Below, piece after piece: positions 12,180 to 26,065 of a stretch of DNA of 64,000 nt. Both the position numbers and the translations under genes were made by a program. The stretch lies in NCBI RefSeq assembly GCF_001194135.2, contig NC_068983.1, forward strand, positions 49,912,673 through 49,976,672. The letters are read 5' to 3'. The DNA is from Octopus bimaculoides (taxonomy: Eukaryota). How positions within the stretch are numbered: the first letter of the stretch is position 1; every line of letters starts with the position of its first letter. The notes under the pieces are model-generated. The model made no database searches. It worked only from the letters and a program-made list of their open reading frames with translations, and was not told the origin of the DNA.

Positions 12180-12362
12180 GATAAGACATGGAGCAATGAC
12201 TAACAATGAAAAGTGTATCATTGGTGTTTAAAAGGGATTATTTAATTGAATTTGGAATACACATCCAGTGAAGGAATCTACTAGCAAATGGAAATATATG
12301 TCACTAAAATGTATGCCTTTAGCTTTAACAAACTCTTTTTTTTCTTTTTCTTTCTTTGCCTT

Positions 12363-12560
12363 TCTCGGAGTAGTTGGCATTAGGAAGGGCATCCAGCTGT
12401 AGAAACACTGCCAAAGCAGATTGGAGCCTGGTGTAGCCATCTGGTTCGCCAGTCCCCAGTCAAATCGTCCAACCCATGCTAGCAGGGAAAGTGGACGTTA
12501 AATGATTATGATGATGATGATAATGATGATGATGATGATGATGATGATCATGATGATGAT
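12363..12560 (+). mobile_element. Family C SINE, 3' part
   Basis: gttggcattaggaagggcatccagctgtagaaa..aacccatgctagcagggaaagtggacgttaaa(tga)n. Confidence 0.85.
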
Positions 12561-13014
12561 ACACATTTCACAGAGAAAGAGCGAAAAAAGACTGATGCAG
12601 ATTCTTGAAATCCAATCTATTTGTGGCACATTGAAGATTTGTATGACATTTCCAAAATTCTTCATCTGAGATTTTAATGTGAATAAATGCTTACACCCAA
12701 GTAGGCATCAACATTTCAACCAATACACCAACTCAACTACATATTTACAAACATCAGTAACTCTCTTAACTAAAAAAAGTCTTGTCGCTTTGTTAGCGAC
12801 CAGCTTGAACTTTCTCAAGTACTTCAATAAACCTCAAGGAAAAAAATCATACATACATACATACATCAGCAATCATAAATGCATTCGTACAGACCTATTT
12901 TTCAGAGTTCTACTTCCTTGGCAAGTGATTTGATCTCAGATCAAATGTTAAAAGTAAATCATTTAGCTCATGGACGACTCAAGATATTAAGTTCAAACAT
13001 ACATACACACACAC

Positions 13015-13062
<48 letters not shown>

Positions 13063-13584
13063 GTACTAATAAATTTGCTTTTGTTTTATTTGTGATTGTG
13101 TAATAAACTATAATGCATCAAAAAATATTGACATATATCTATGACCTGTTGCCTGATGCAATTCATCTTCTCACAACAACTATAATTACGTGCTATTTCA
13201 CAATACATATTTTCCTGTGCTTTGATAAAAATCAGTGATATCTTAAAATTTGTGTCTATAAATTATACTATTAAAGTTTCATTAGGTCTTTTAATGTGGT
13301 AGGTTTCTTTCCAAAAATAACAAAAACTATATTTCCTACAGGAAATACATTAAACAGAGAGTGTCAGTTTTTTTTCTCTCTCTCTCTCGCTTGTAATATG
13401 CCTTTCTGTGTAAATATATGCATATGGTAACATAAGCACTTACGATGCTGACATTTGTCTTATATAAGCTAGCATGCATTCGTATACACTGATACATATG
13501 CATACAATCTATCTTTCACTCTTTCTCTCTCATTCTCCACTTCTGTCTCTCTCTCTCCCTCTCTCTCTGTCTCTCTCTATATAT

Positions 13585-13748
13585 AGGCACAGGCATGGCT
13601 ATATGGCAAGAAACTTGATTTCCAACCACATCGTTCTGGGTTCAGTCCCACTGCATGGTACCTTGAGAAAATGTCTTCTTCTATAGCCTCGGGTTGACCA
13701 AAGCCTTGTGAGTGGATATGGTAGACAAAAACTGAAAGATGTCCGTTG

Positions 13749-13750
<2 letters not shown>
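13585..13750 (+). mobile_element. Family A SINE, head half
   Basis: aggcacaggcatggct..gggttcagtcccactg..ccaaagccttgtgagtgg..aactgaaag, then (TA)n. Confidence 0.8.
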
Positions 13751-13791
<41 letters not shown>

Positions 13792-15306
13792 AATATATAT
13801 AAACAATATATGAGTATATGCATATATATGTACATGTAGATGAACGTATATACATACATGTACATATATATGCATATACTCATATATTGTTTGTATCACG
13901 ACAGAACGCACACGTTACCTTTATACNNNNNNNNNNNNNNNNNNNNNNNNNNNNNNNNNNNNNNNNNNNNNNNNNNNNNNNNNNNNNNNNNTATATATAT
14001 ATGTATATACATATATACACACATACGTACATACACATGCACACCTGTGTATGTAAGTGTGTAAGAATGCATCTGTGTGTGTGTGTGTGTGTGTGTGTGT
14101 CTATATGTGTATATATTGTAATATAACAAAGCGTCCCATTGGGTGAAAAAGGAAAAAGGAAATCTCTAGGTGAACATTTCATGGTTTGTTGTCTGATTCT
14201 TAGAGAAAAGATACCTTGCTTTCTTCCCCAATTTGTAGTATTATAATAAGTAATAATGAATTAGACAAACACCCTGAGGAATTGTCTAATTTACATAATT
14301 GTGCTTTGTCAACTTGTCATTAATTAAACAATATTTACTTTATTCACAACACACTGTAAATGAAAAATAAAATAATGAAAGGAGTTGATATGTTACAAAG
14401 CCTCACTGTGGATAAAATATAAATGTAAGCACATTTTATGCTATTTTATACGTAAAAAGAAAGAGTGACTGTTCCGACACTGTTTCTTGGTTTGTTGCCT
14501 GCTCCTCAGTGAAGATGTCAGAAGCACAGATATATAGCTGAACAGGAAGTAAACCAAATATATCTTCTCTGAAGAGTGACAAACAGAACATGAAACAGCT
14601 TGTTAGGAAACTCTCATCTTCATTTATCCACACCTGAGCAGCATAACAAACATATATTTAGATTCTTAATTAATCCAGAGCGAGGCTTATTAATATTTAA
14701 ATTTATTCCAGTTTTTCTGATTCATGCTTTTTGCGCACAAAGTGTTCGCTTTGATTGTGGCTGCTGTAAGGTTGTGGAATTGGAAAGACAAGTAGCTTTC
14801 TGGGGGAGGTGGAGTTTAGCATCTGAAAAGAAAAAGAATTGTATAAGGATTTCTATGCAGGAAAGGATTCTTAAACTATCTAGTTATGCAAGTATTACTG
14901 TTCAATGAACGACTATTTGCCTTGGATCCTCAAACTGTCAAATCAAGCGCAATACGAAAAGTGGGGAGTTGAGAGGGCTAGATGGATACTAAGCACGTTC
15001 TATTGTATTAAGATAGAAAGAAACAACAAAGAAAATCATCAATGGTGTATGTGTATACATCCACACTACACATGCATTACATCTCTATCTACACCTATGT
15101 AACAAAATGTTGATGAAAATAATAGTAATGATGATGATGCTCGTGATCATAGCCACAGGAGCAGGTCTTTAGTCACTGGAACCTATAAAGGAGCTGTTGA
15201 GGGAGCAAACCACAAAACGTGGATAGAGACAGCATAGATTGTCCACCATTCAAATGTGTGCAATCCCGAGCAGGTCTATCCATGACAACTTCCACCTTAT
15301 GCAATA

Positions 15307-15371
<65 letters not shown>

Positions 15372-15580
15372 GAAGACTCACAGCTTATTTTGCTGGTTAT
15401 GATGAAAAGTGTCAGTTGTCCACAGCCAGCAGACTAAGGTGACACTTGTTTACTGACCATGCTTCAAGAACCCAGTGTAGAATTCTTGCAGTTCCATGCA
15501 ATGCTGATTTTTGTACCTGCTCTACATTCACACTTGCACCGATCTTTTTCATCTACATTAGTAGTTAATATACTAATATA

Positions 15581-15900
15581 TCATCATCATCATCGTTTAA
15601 CGTCTGCTTTCCATGCTAGCATGGGTTGGATGATTTGACTGAGGACTGGCGAACCAGATGGCTGCACCAGACTCCAATCTGATCTGGCAAAGTCTCTATA
15701 GCTGGATGCCCTTCCTAATGCCAACCATTCCGAGAGTGTAGTGAGTGCTTTTACGTGCCACCGGTTCACGGGCCAGTCACGCGGTACTGGCAATGGCCAC
15801 GCCCAAAAGGTGTTTTTTAAGTGTGATCCTGCACAGGAGTTAGTCCAACGGCAGTACCAACGACCTCATTGAATGTATTTTCACATGCCACTGGCACAAG
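15581..15900 (-). mobile_element. Family C SINE
   Basis: (CAT)n tail, gtttaacgtctgctttccatgctagcatggg, gctggatgcccttcctaa, 5' monomers. Confidence 0.85.
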
Positions 15901-16710
15901 TGATATATATATATATATATATATATAAAAAGGCAAGAGGTAAGATTGAGTGATTGAGGTGTAGGAAGAAAGTTAGATTTGAGCAATCTGTAGCGAATAT
16001 AGAAAGACAAATTTCAGGAACAACAGTGGTTTACTGAGACAGAAAGATTCGGATTTTTTCTTTTATCAAAGAACGATGAGCTCAAAACAAGACTGAATCT
16101 GTGTCAACATGTACCTACTTGCAACAATGTAGCCTCTAATCTAATCAAGATACTGTTGGCCTGAAAAGTAGCCGGCGATATACACCTCACTTGGATTTTA
16201 TCACTTCTGACGTTCCACTTGCTATGAAATATATGTAGCCCTGATTTCCCATACTCCATTCTGTAACTCTTGTATATATATATTGAGGAATAAATGTTTT
16301 ACATAAGTAATTTGTTTGAACTATTAATTAAAGCTTATAAAACTTTCGACACAACCTGTTATATATATATATTACATATACATACATACATTTATGTATG
16401 TGCATGTGTGCACGGTCGTGTGTATGTGTATTGGTATCTATGGGTGTATGTGTGTATATACATATATATGTATATATATATATATATATANNNNNNNNNN
16501 NNNNNNNNNNNNNNNNNNNNNNNNNNNNNNNNNNNNNNNNNNNNNNNNNNNNNNNNNNNNNNNNNNNNNNNNNNNNNNNNNNNNNNNNNNNNNNNNNNNN
16601 NNNNNNNNNNNNNNNNNNNNNNNNNNNNNNNNNNNNNNNNNNNNNNNNNNNNNNNNNNNNNNNNNNNNNNNNNNNNNNNNNNNNNNNNNNNNNNNNNNNN
16701 NNNNNNNNNN

Positions 16711-16760
<50 letters not shown>

Positions 16761-18161
16761 GTATACATATATATATATAGAAATATATGTATGTGTGTGC
16801 TTGTGTGTGTGTGTGCTTGTGTGTGTGTGTGTGTATTTACGTGCATGTATATGTATCCATATATATTATCTATATCTTTATATTTATATCTACCTATCTA
16901 CCTATTAATATATTTGTACGTTTGTTTATGTATAATACTCACAGTAGATATACGTATATATGTATATATAACATATACCTGTATACACACACAGACACAC
17001 ACACATACACACACATGCATGTATATTCTTTATATTCTTACCTTTATGCTTCCATTCATTTATTCCCTTAGAATTTTCATTGATTCACACACTGCAACTC
17101 TGTAACCATATACTTCACACTATATTTTCTTTATATTTCATGTTTTTCTGTTACATTTTGCTTCCCACTTTTATTTAGTTATTTATTTTATTCTGTATAT
17201 ACTTTACTTTGTTGGCAACATTTCATTGACAATATCTCTGTTTCTTTCATTTTCCTTTCACAAAGTATTTTATTTGCTGAATAATGTCACTGTGTTCTCA
17301 TCTTGGCAATAAAATTCACTCATAACCACCAACCTCACATCTTTCTTTTTTTCTCTTCTCATTTTCCTTTTTTCCTTGTTTTTAAATCACACACCTAACT
17401 CATCCCCTCTGGTAATCCTTTTTGCTTTTACAATACCAGTTCATATTTGTATATTATTTGCTTGCAGCATGTTATTTTTCTCCGTTATTGCTTGCAGAAT
17501 GAAAGAAATGGATTTTGAAGGTTTGGCAAGCCAGGACTATATACTTTGCAATATTTAGCTCAATATTTCTGAATTTAAATATGAATCCTCTGCTTTTACT
17601 ATAGTGTAGCAACCACCTTTTTTTTATCTTCTTTTTAAAGTGGCTAGCATTGATAATTATTAGGGAATGTACGGATGGACAATCAATTTAATATGGATCA
17701 ACTGACCAAGAGTTTAATAATTCATATAAACTGTTCCCAGCATTCCATTCTGTCATATATCAGATATTTTGATATTTTTTTATGACTTAATCAGAAGAAG
17801 AAGGGCAGTGGCTTTCAGCTCTTTCACGGTCTCGATGATTGGCAGGAAATATTGGAGAAGGTTCAAGTGATGATGTCAAACTGGGTGGCAGATTGTTTTT
17901 ACGTAGGCTTTTACTGTTTGGCCGGTGGGAGAAAGGTAGTGTTTCTAAATCCTTAAGTGTTTCAGGTCCTTCAAGATTTTTTGTAAGAATTTGTCTTCAA
18001 ACCAGAGACACCTGAAACAAATTCTTCCAGCATGGTGTGTATATCTATATGCTGAAGGCATCCAAGGATCAGGTGGTGAAAGTGTCTTCTGTTCTGGATC
18101 AACTAGTCTTGTGAATACATTTGATTAGATGGAAGTAAGCACGCTGTACATACATACATGC

Positions 18162-18192
<31 letters not shown>

Positions 18193-18208
18193 ATATATAA
18201 TATATATA

Positions 18209-19461
18209 CAGAGTGCATAAAATATTTGAGGACAGATTTATATTTATAAAAAAACGGATATATAATAACAGATAATAACTTTATTTATCAAAAAATGCTA
18301 TGAAGATAAAAATAAACCTTCTTTTCTATAATGTTATTCAATAAAGCCACCTTCAGCTTCAACAACTGCTTCCATATGAGATCCAAATCATCTACATGCT
18401 CGAATCAAATGGTTCTGTTTCATTTTGGACAATACTCTGATTATGGCAGCTTTCAAAGAATCTTTGATGCTATGGGCATGTTCATTGACCTCTTTCTCAA
18501 CAATTCTCCACATGTAATAGTCCAATGGATTGATATCTGGGCTAATTAGGAGGCCAAATGTTAGGGGTTATGTGATCACAAAACTTTTCAGCTATCCATT
18601 CCTGTATTACTAGAGCCATGTATGATAGTGCAGAGTCTTACTGAAACTCATATGAGCTTCCATTGAATACACTGACTGTCCAAGGCTTTAACAATTATTT
18701 CCAGGACATCAGTGTATGTGGCAGAGTTGACCTTGTGGGAAGAAGTAAGGAGGTATCACATGTCTTTCATTGCTAACAACCCCTAAAACCATGATAGTTG
18801 CAGGAAATTTTGTATGAATAACACTTGGAACTTCAGAAGGGTCTGTACATAACCATCTGTCATTTCTTCTGTTAACATTTTGATCTTCGTCAAAATTTTT
18901 CTCATTTGAGAAAAACTCAAATCAAATCTGGTGGATTTTCAGTTTGTTTAAGAGACTTTTAGATCTGATGTGGTGATTTTCTTTTGCTTTTTTGGACAAA
19001 CTAACCTTTCCACATCATATAAGACTTATGTCTGATGTCTTCGGGGACAACATTTCTGACTGTTCCTTCTGACACATGGAGATCTTATGCAATTGACCTC
19101 ATGGACTTTCTGGGATTGTAATCAACGGTTTGTTGAACTTGTTGCATGAATTCAGATGTTCTAATGATCCCAGAGCGTTTAGAATGCTTTTTAAGCTTTG
19201 ATACTGGTGATACACTTCAATCTTCATTCTCTAGCTCCTTACAAACTTTGTAGATGAGAAATCTGGCAGATTTTAAAAATCGAGTTATTTCTAAATCGCT
19301 ATGGTCAGCCTTTATAACCACAATAACAGCATGCCTCTTCATTTCTTAAGCAATCTGAGGGTCTGCCATTATCATTTTCTGAAACAAAGATTATACAGAG
19401 TTAGCAGAAACTACAGCACTGACCCAAAAAAGGTATGTCCTCAAATACCTTACACTTCTTG
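18209..19461 (-). mobile_element. Full-length degenerate Tc1/mariner element, probably maT (DD37D)-type
   Basis: Imperfect TIRs cagagtgcataaaatatttgaggaca and tgtcctcaaataccttacacttcttg, with TA flanks. Confidence 0.85.
18334..19342 (-). pseudogene. maT-like transposase with stops and frameshifts
   Basis: MKRHAVIV..FFSNEKNF..NRRNDRWL..TKFPATIMVLGVVS..SPDINPLDYYMW..VVEAEGGFIE*. Confidence 0.85.
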
Positions 19462-19612
19462 TATATACACACACACATACNNNNNNNNNNNNNNNNNNNN
19501 NNNNNNNNNNTATATATATATATATACCGGAGTAACAAAACTGTCCGATGAACGGGAACGTGAAACTCAGAGTAACGGTTTTTTTGTTATATTTCTGCTG
19601 CTTTTAAATAAA

Positions 19613-19650
<38 letters not shown>

Positions 19651-20139
19651 GGAATATGAAAGACATGAGAATTTTTATTAATCACTACAATTGTTTCAAA
19701 ACATCTAGCATTGATCCCTCATGGGTGGGATCAATGTTAGTTACATTTCAGGCAATAAAATAAAAATTCTATTTTTCAAAAAAATTTTCCAAATTGTTTA
19801 TTATTTTAAATATCAAAAAAAAAAATTGGTTTGGTTTTCATTTAAATACTGTTGTGAAAGTTTTAAAGACAGTAGAGATTTAACTGCTGTTTCTAACAGG
19901 TTGTGTTATCTCACTTAGTTCCTTACTGGCTTGGGATGTTAGTTAGTGGTAAATGTATCATGTGTCACCACACGACTTGAAGGATGAGACAAAGCCATAA
20001 AACATTTATAAAATGAAGCTAAATGGGTGAAAAATTAATGATCGGAAACATTTACACTCTAAAAGTCAGATCAAGTATTGTAATGTTAGAAAATCTAAAG
20101 CACGTTAGGGTTTCTCTAGCTCACCATGAGGGCAGAATT

Positions 20140-20345
20140 GTGAGCAGAGCAGGAAAAGTCATTTTGTGGCCTTACATCTAGGTTCATGTTGTGAGTTCAA
20201 ACTCTGCCAAGATTGACTCTGCCTTCCATCATCTTGGCGGGTGATAAAAGAAATACCAGTCAAGCACTGGATTTGATGTAATCAACTTGCCCCCTCTACA
20301 AAACTTTTTGGCCTTGTGCCTATAATAGAAAGAATTATTATTGTT
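20140..20345 (+). mobile_element. Family B SINE, degenerate, ending in (ATT)n
   Basis: gagttcaaactctgcc..gactctgccttccatc..ggccttgtgcctataatagaaagaattattatt. Confidence 0.65.
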
Positions 20346-20679
20346 ATTATTAATAATGTTGTGAAATGGTAGAATTGGTCGCATACTGGATAAAATGCTT
20401 ACTTGTAATTTGTTTGTCAGTACCTTTCATCCTTTCAGGTTGATTAAAAAAAATACTGATCAAGCACTGAGGTTTGTGTAATTTACTAGCTTCCTCTTCC
20501 AAAATATAAAGGCCTTGTACCTGGAGAAGAAAAGGTTTATTAATATTATTGTTAGTATTAGTAACAGGGTGGTGAGCTGGAAGAATTGTTAGTACACCGG
20601 GCAAAAGGCTTACCAGTACTTCGTTTGTCATTACCTTTCATCCTTTCAGGGTTGATAAAAAAATACTGATCAAGCACTG

Positions 20680-21037
20680 AACTTCCAAGCATGCCAATCA
20701 CTATTGGTATCATATCCACTCCCTTCATTGCTCAAAGCCTTCATACTTCCCACTTCAAATCGTCATGGTTGTTCAGGTTTTCTCCTTCTTCTTTCTCTTT
20801 GATCTTGTTACATTTACGACTATGGGTGCAGTTCTTGGTGGCAGTAGCAAGTATTCAAACTTCCAAGCATGCCAATCACTACTGCTATCACGTCCACTCC
20901 CTTCATTGCTCACAACCTTCGTATTTTCCACTTCAAATCATCATAGTTATTCAATTTTTCTTCTTCTTTCTTTTATGATCCAGTTACCACTTATGACCCT
21001 GGGTTCAGATCTTGGAGGTAGTAGCAAATATTCAAAC
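20680..21037 (-). pseudogene. Tandem duplication (2 x ~178 bp) of an R4-like endonuclease fragment
   Basis: Unit starts acttccaagcatgccaatcact at 20681 and 20859; minus strand reads KEEEKLNNYDDLKWKI..VDVIAVVIGMLGS. Confidence 0.75.
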
Positions 21038-21149
21038 TCAAAACTGATCGGATGGAATAAAATCTGAGCAGTTAATACATGAACAATAGCATCACTTCAA
21101 TAGTAGAATCATAAACTGGAATCATAAACTGGAAAAAACAAAAATAATA

Positions 21150-21497
21150 ATTGTTGTTGTTGTTGTTATTAATTTTCTTATTTAACACAACATTGCTATC
21201 AGCTATCCAAAACCTTGGATTCACACAACACTCATCATTCAGATCTCAAAAACTTTGCAGATGATTTGTGCAGTTCCGAGCAACGCTGTTTTCTGTAGAG
21301 GCTCTGTCCTAACATCTATTCCTATCTTTTCAATCCAGATTGTGAGCTTTTTGCTTGTAATTCTTAGGGTTGCAACATCAACATGTACAATGCTCACCTT
21401 CTTCAACGACCTTAGTCTTTTTATTTCCCACTTCAAATCATCTTATTTGACATGCTTCTCATTGCTTTCCAATAATTTGTCATCACTAGAGAATTTC

Positions 21498-21500
<3 letters not shown>
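21150..21500 (-). pseudogene. R4/Dong-like LINE 3' fragment (subfamily 3) flanked by AAT/AAC tracts
   Basis: DLKWEIKRL..KKVSIV..IEKIGIDVRTEPLQKTALLGTAQIICKVFEI*; (TAT)n at 21500-21536. Confidence 0.8.
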
Positions 21501-21534
<34 letters not shown>

Positions 21535-21707
21535 GTCATTTCATTTCTCATAGCTCTCAGTTTCACTTTCTCCAGTTAATTCTGTTAGAGCGGACAACAA
21601 CCTGTTGTCAAGGGTCTCATGGGGTCATTTTCTATGATACTTGACATTCTAGTTCTGATCTCAAAATCCTTGCTGTCCTCAACAAAGCATTATTATTATC
21701 ATCATTA

Positions 21708-21762
<55 letters not shown>

Positions 21763-21765
21763 TAT

Positions 21766-22148
21766 TGGCAAGCTGGCAGAATCATTAGCACATGGGACAA
21801 AACGCTTAACAATATTTCATCATCTTTACATTCTAAGCTAAAATTCTGCTGAGGTTAATTTTGCTTTTCATCATCTCAGGGTCGATAAAATAAATACCAG
21901 TTACGCACTGGGGTTGATGTAATTGATATATCTCCCAATCCAAACTTGCTGTCATTGTGCTATAATTAGTGATGATTATCATTATCAATATTATTATTAT
22001 TATTATTAGTGAGGCGATGAGCATGCTGAATTATTAGTATGCCGGGCAAAATGCTTAGTGGTGTTTTGTCCGTCTTGATATTCCGAGATCAAATTCTGCC
22101 GAGGCTGACTCTACATTTCATTCTTTCAGGGTTGATAAATTAAGTACC
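21766..22148 (+). mobile_element. Two tandem family B SINEs (21766-21965, 22012-22148), each preceded by (ATT)n
   Basis: ggcaagctggcagaatc..; ggcgatgagc..gggcaaaatgcttag..aaattctgccgagg. Confidence 0.75.
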
Positions 22149-22440
22149 GCTTTGTCCTCAGGATTATCCTTTTGATGGATTTTATTATAGAGTGTTCTAG
22201 CTATCATGTCTCATCATCGGTAGATAATACCATGATGACATTTTCGGACAACTGCTTATGATGTGTGTGATATCTTCAGTATGAACTCCACAAAGCCTGC
22301 ATCTGTTATCACTTTTTACTGCTTTTCCTGCATCTCTGTCCCTTTTGTGCATCAGGTACTTGGTTGATATTTCCTGTTCCTGGATTGTAAATGCATACTC
22401 TTCAAAGTGAGAGGTAGTAATCCGGCTATAGGTCCATGAT
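22149..22440 (-). pseudogene. R4-like LINE fragment (CCHC region), same family as 4845-5770
   Basis: TSHFEEYAFTIQEQEISTKYL..CRLCGVHTEDITHIISSCPKMSSWYYLP. Confidence 0.8.
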
Positions 22441-22449
22441 AAACTGCTT

Positions 22450-22516
22450 TATGTATGTATGTATGTATGTATGTATGTATGTATGTATGTATGTATGTAT
22501 CAATCTATCTATCTAC

Positions 22517-22548
<32 letters not shown>

Positions 22549-22760
22549 GTTTCTTTCTTTCTATCTATCTATTTATCTGTCTATATGTATATATGTATGT
22601 ATCTATGTATGTATCAATCTATCTACCTAGCTATCTATATATCTATCTATTTTTCTATCAGTTTATGTATGTATGTATCTATCTATTCATTTATCTATCT
22701 ATTTGTATGTATGTATATGTAGGTATGCATATGTATGTATGTATGTGTATGTATGCATGT
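22450..22760. repeat. Compound (TATG)n/(TATC)n microsatellite
   Basis: Direct reading. Confidence 0.95.
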
Positions 22761-23305
22761 TTGTATACAAATTTTATTTGGTTCATTTGAAGCAGTGAGA
22801 AGTTTGAAAATAAATATTTAAGAAGCTGCTAGAAGGCTAATGGAATTATAAATAATAGTTGTCTGTATACAAGATAATAAATCTTTTTCTTTGGAAACAA
22901 GTGAATAGAATTAATTATGGAACCAAAATCACATATATGTCATATAGCAGATGACCATGATAAACATTACACCAAAGCAACCTGACAACTTCCAAGCATC
23001 GAATTTAGGAGAGTCACCTGGATAAGCTAGATTGCAAATATTTTCATTTTGTTCGTTTCAAACATTGACAAACTTGAAAAGAAATATTTAACTAGCTGCT
23101 AATAGAGCTATCAATAATAGATCGAGGTGCAGGTGTAGCTGTGTGGTTAAGATTCTTGTGTTGCAACCATGTGGTTTCAGATTCTGCCACACTATGACTT
23201 GTGAGTGAATTTGGCAGACAGAAACTGTGTAGAAGCTCATAGTATATATGTGCGCACCTTTCATATGTACACATGTGTGTGTGCCACTGTGTATGTATAA
23301 ATATA

Positions 23306-23362
<57 letters not shown>

Positions 23363-24700
23363 NNNNNNNNNNNNNNNNNNNNNNNNNNNNNNNNNNNNNN
23401 NNNNNNNNNNNNNNNNNNNNNNNNNNNNNNNNNNNNNNNNNNNNNNNNNNNNNNNNNNNNNNNNNNNNNNNNNNNNNNNNNNNNNNNNNNNNNNNNNNNN
23501 NNNNNNNNNNNNNNNNNNNNNNNNNNNNNNNNNNNNNNNNNNNNNNNNNNNNNNNNNNNNNNNNNNNNNNNNNNNNNNNNNNNNNNNNNNNNNNNNNNNN
23601 NNNNNNNNNNNNNNNNNNNNNNNNNNNNNNNNNNNNNNNNNNNNNNNNNNNNNNNNNNNNNNNNNNNNNNNNNNNNNNNNNNNNNNNNNNNNNNNNNNNN
23701 NNNNNNNNNNNNNNNNNNNNNNNNNNNNNNNNNNNNNNNNNNNNNNNNNNNNNNNNNNNNNNNNNNNNNNNNNNNNNNNNNNNNNNNNNNNNNNNNNNNN
23801 NNNNNNNNNNNNNNNNNNNNNNNNNNNNNNNNNNNNNNNNNNNNNNNNNNNNNNNNNNNNNNNNNNNNNNNNNNNNNNNNNNNNNNNNNNNNNNNNNNNN
23901 NNNNNNNNNNNNNNNNNNNNNTTCTAACTAGTCGTTTCGAAGATAAGACAGAACGTACTCTAGAATAGTCTCTTCCTGAGTAGTGGATCAACCCACTACA
24001 CAGAGGGTTCCAATGTGGCAAACACAAACGAAGACAGGAAAAATTGGACAGTGAAAACAACATTCAAAAGCCGTACGGCCAAACGCGAATCTGAGGTAGA
24101 ACGCTAGTAGTTCGTCTTGCCTTCACAGCGGTTGGAGTGAAAAGAAAGTTGACCACAGGTCACACGAGAGCAGAGAGGATGGTGGAGGGAGGAAGTGGAA
24201 CAAGGAGGAAGGGACAGAAGGGTATAGCAGTGAAGTAGAGGCCAGGAGAGAGGGATAGATAGAACGATATATATATACACACATACACACATACACATAT
24301 ATACATATATGTAATTATCGAAGTTGGGAGATAAGTCCTGCTAGATATAAAGTAAGTCTCAGAGGAGGACCTAAGAACATATAGTGTTTCCAACAATTAA
24401 TTTTGTCTTAATACATGATGTACATAGGTCCAGAGAATATAAACCAAAGTTAACAATGGAAAATTGGTATATTAATTAATTATCTATTTATTCTTATATC
24501 TATAAAATCCATGAAATATAGACATTAATAATTAAATAAAATATCAGAAATATGGTTCAGCTGATTTGCCAAGAGAACATCCATTTCAATTACATAGTTA
24601 AATAATTAAAAAATTAATCAATACACTCTAGTTAGTAAAACTGCTTCATCAAGGAATTAAAGAGAAAGTTCCTGGTTACAGCATTTGAAATTGTCATATA

Positions 24701-24738
<38 letters not shown>

Positions 24739-25538
24739 NNNNNNNNNNNNNNNNNNNNNNNNNNNNNNNNNNNNNNNNNNNNNNNNNNNNNNNNNNNNNN
24801 NNNNNNNNNNNNNNNNNNNNNNNNNNNNNNNNNNNNNNNNNNNNNNNNNNNNNNNNNNNNNNNNNNNNNNNNNNNNNNNNNNNNNNNNNNNNNNNNNNNN
24901 NNNNNNNNNNNNNNNNNNNNNNNNNNNNNNNNNNNNNNNNNNNNNNNNNNNNNNNNNNNNNNNNNNNNNNNNNNNNNNNNNNNNNNNNNNNNNNNNNNNN
25001 NNNNNNNNNNNNNNNNNNNNNNNNNNNNNNNNNNNNNNNNNNNNNNNNNNNNNNNNNNNNNNNNNNNNNNNNNNNNNNNNNNNNNNNNNNNNNNNNNNNN
25101 NNNNNNNNNNNNNNNNNNNNNNNNNNNNNNNNNNNNNNNNNNNNNNNNNNNNNNNNNNNNNNNNNNNNNNNNNNNNNNNNNNNNNNNNNNNNNNNNNNNN
25201 NNNNNNNNNNNNNNNNNNNNNNNNNNNNNNNNNNNNNNNNNNNNNNNNNNNNNNNNNNNNNNNNNNNNNNNNNNNNNNNNNNNNNNNNNNNNNNNNNNNN
25301 NNNNNNNNNNNNNNNNNNNNNNNNNNNNNNNNNNNNNNNNNNNNNNNNNNNNNNNNNNNNNNNNNNNNNNNNNNNNNNNNNNNNNNNNNNNNNNNNNNNN
25401 NNNNNNNNNNNNNNNNNNNNNNNNNNNNNNNNNNNNNNNNNNNNNNNNNNNNNNNNNNNNNNNNNNNNNNNNNNNNNNNNNNNNNNNNNNNNNNNNNNNN
25501 NNNNNNNNNNNNNNNNNNNNNNNNNNNNNNNNNNNNNN

Positions 25539-25570
<32 letters not shown>

Positions 25571-26007
25571 GGAACAAAAATGCAATAGAGGACGATAAAA
25601 CATTCAGACAGATAGACGATACAAAGGCAGACAGAAGAAACAACAATTAGAAGGACAGGGAAAAAAAGACGGGTCATTCGTGGTCTTCTTTCCTCAGTCA
25701 AGTTACCACAAATCCTTACTGTTTCGGGCAGTTACACACGAGACAGTTCGAACTGGTTGCCCCCCCCCCCAAAGTCTAAGGTAAGAGCATTAGATTTTTT
25801 TGTAAGAAAGCCAGTGAATGTGTACAGCAACAAAGACAAAAAACAGAGAACATGGTACACAATTACGAATACAAACAACAAGAATGTAACAACAGGTGTC
25901 TTTCGACTGAGAACGAATCAAATTGAGCTGGCGTGTCCAAAGTGAAAGCCAAAAGGAACATAAGAGATGGACATAAGAGGTGTTGGCAATACACACTTGT
26001 GCTCACC

Positions 26008-26050
<43 letters not shown>

Positions 26051-26065
26051 NNNNNNNNNNATATA

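Noticed and set aside
17505-17527. Possible microexon aatgaaagaaatggattttgaag
   Set aside because: The donor (gtttgg) is weak and there is no supporting context.
23092-25701. Long ORFs of 200-335 aa here and at 16.3, 38.7, 52.6, 55.1, 57.4 and 58.6 kb
   Set aside because: They stay open only because they run through N-gaps and dinucleotide repeats.
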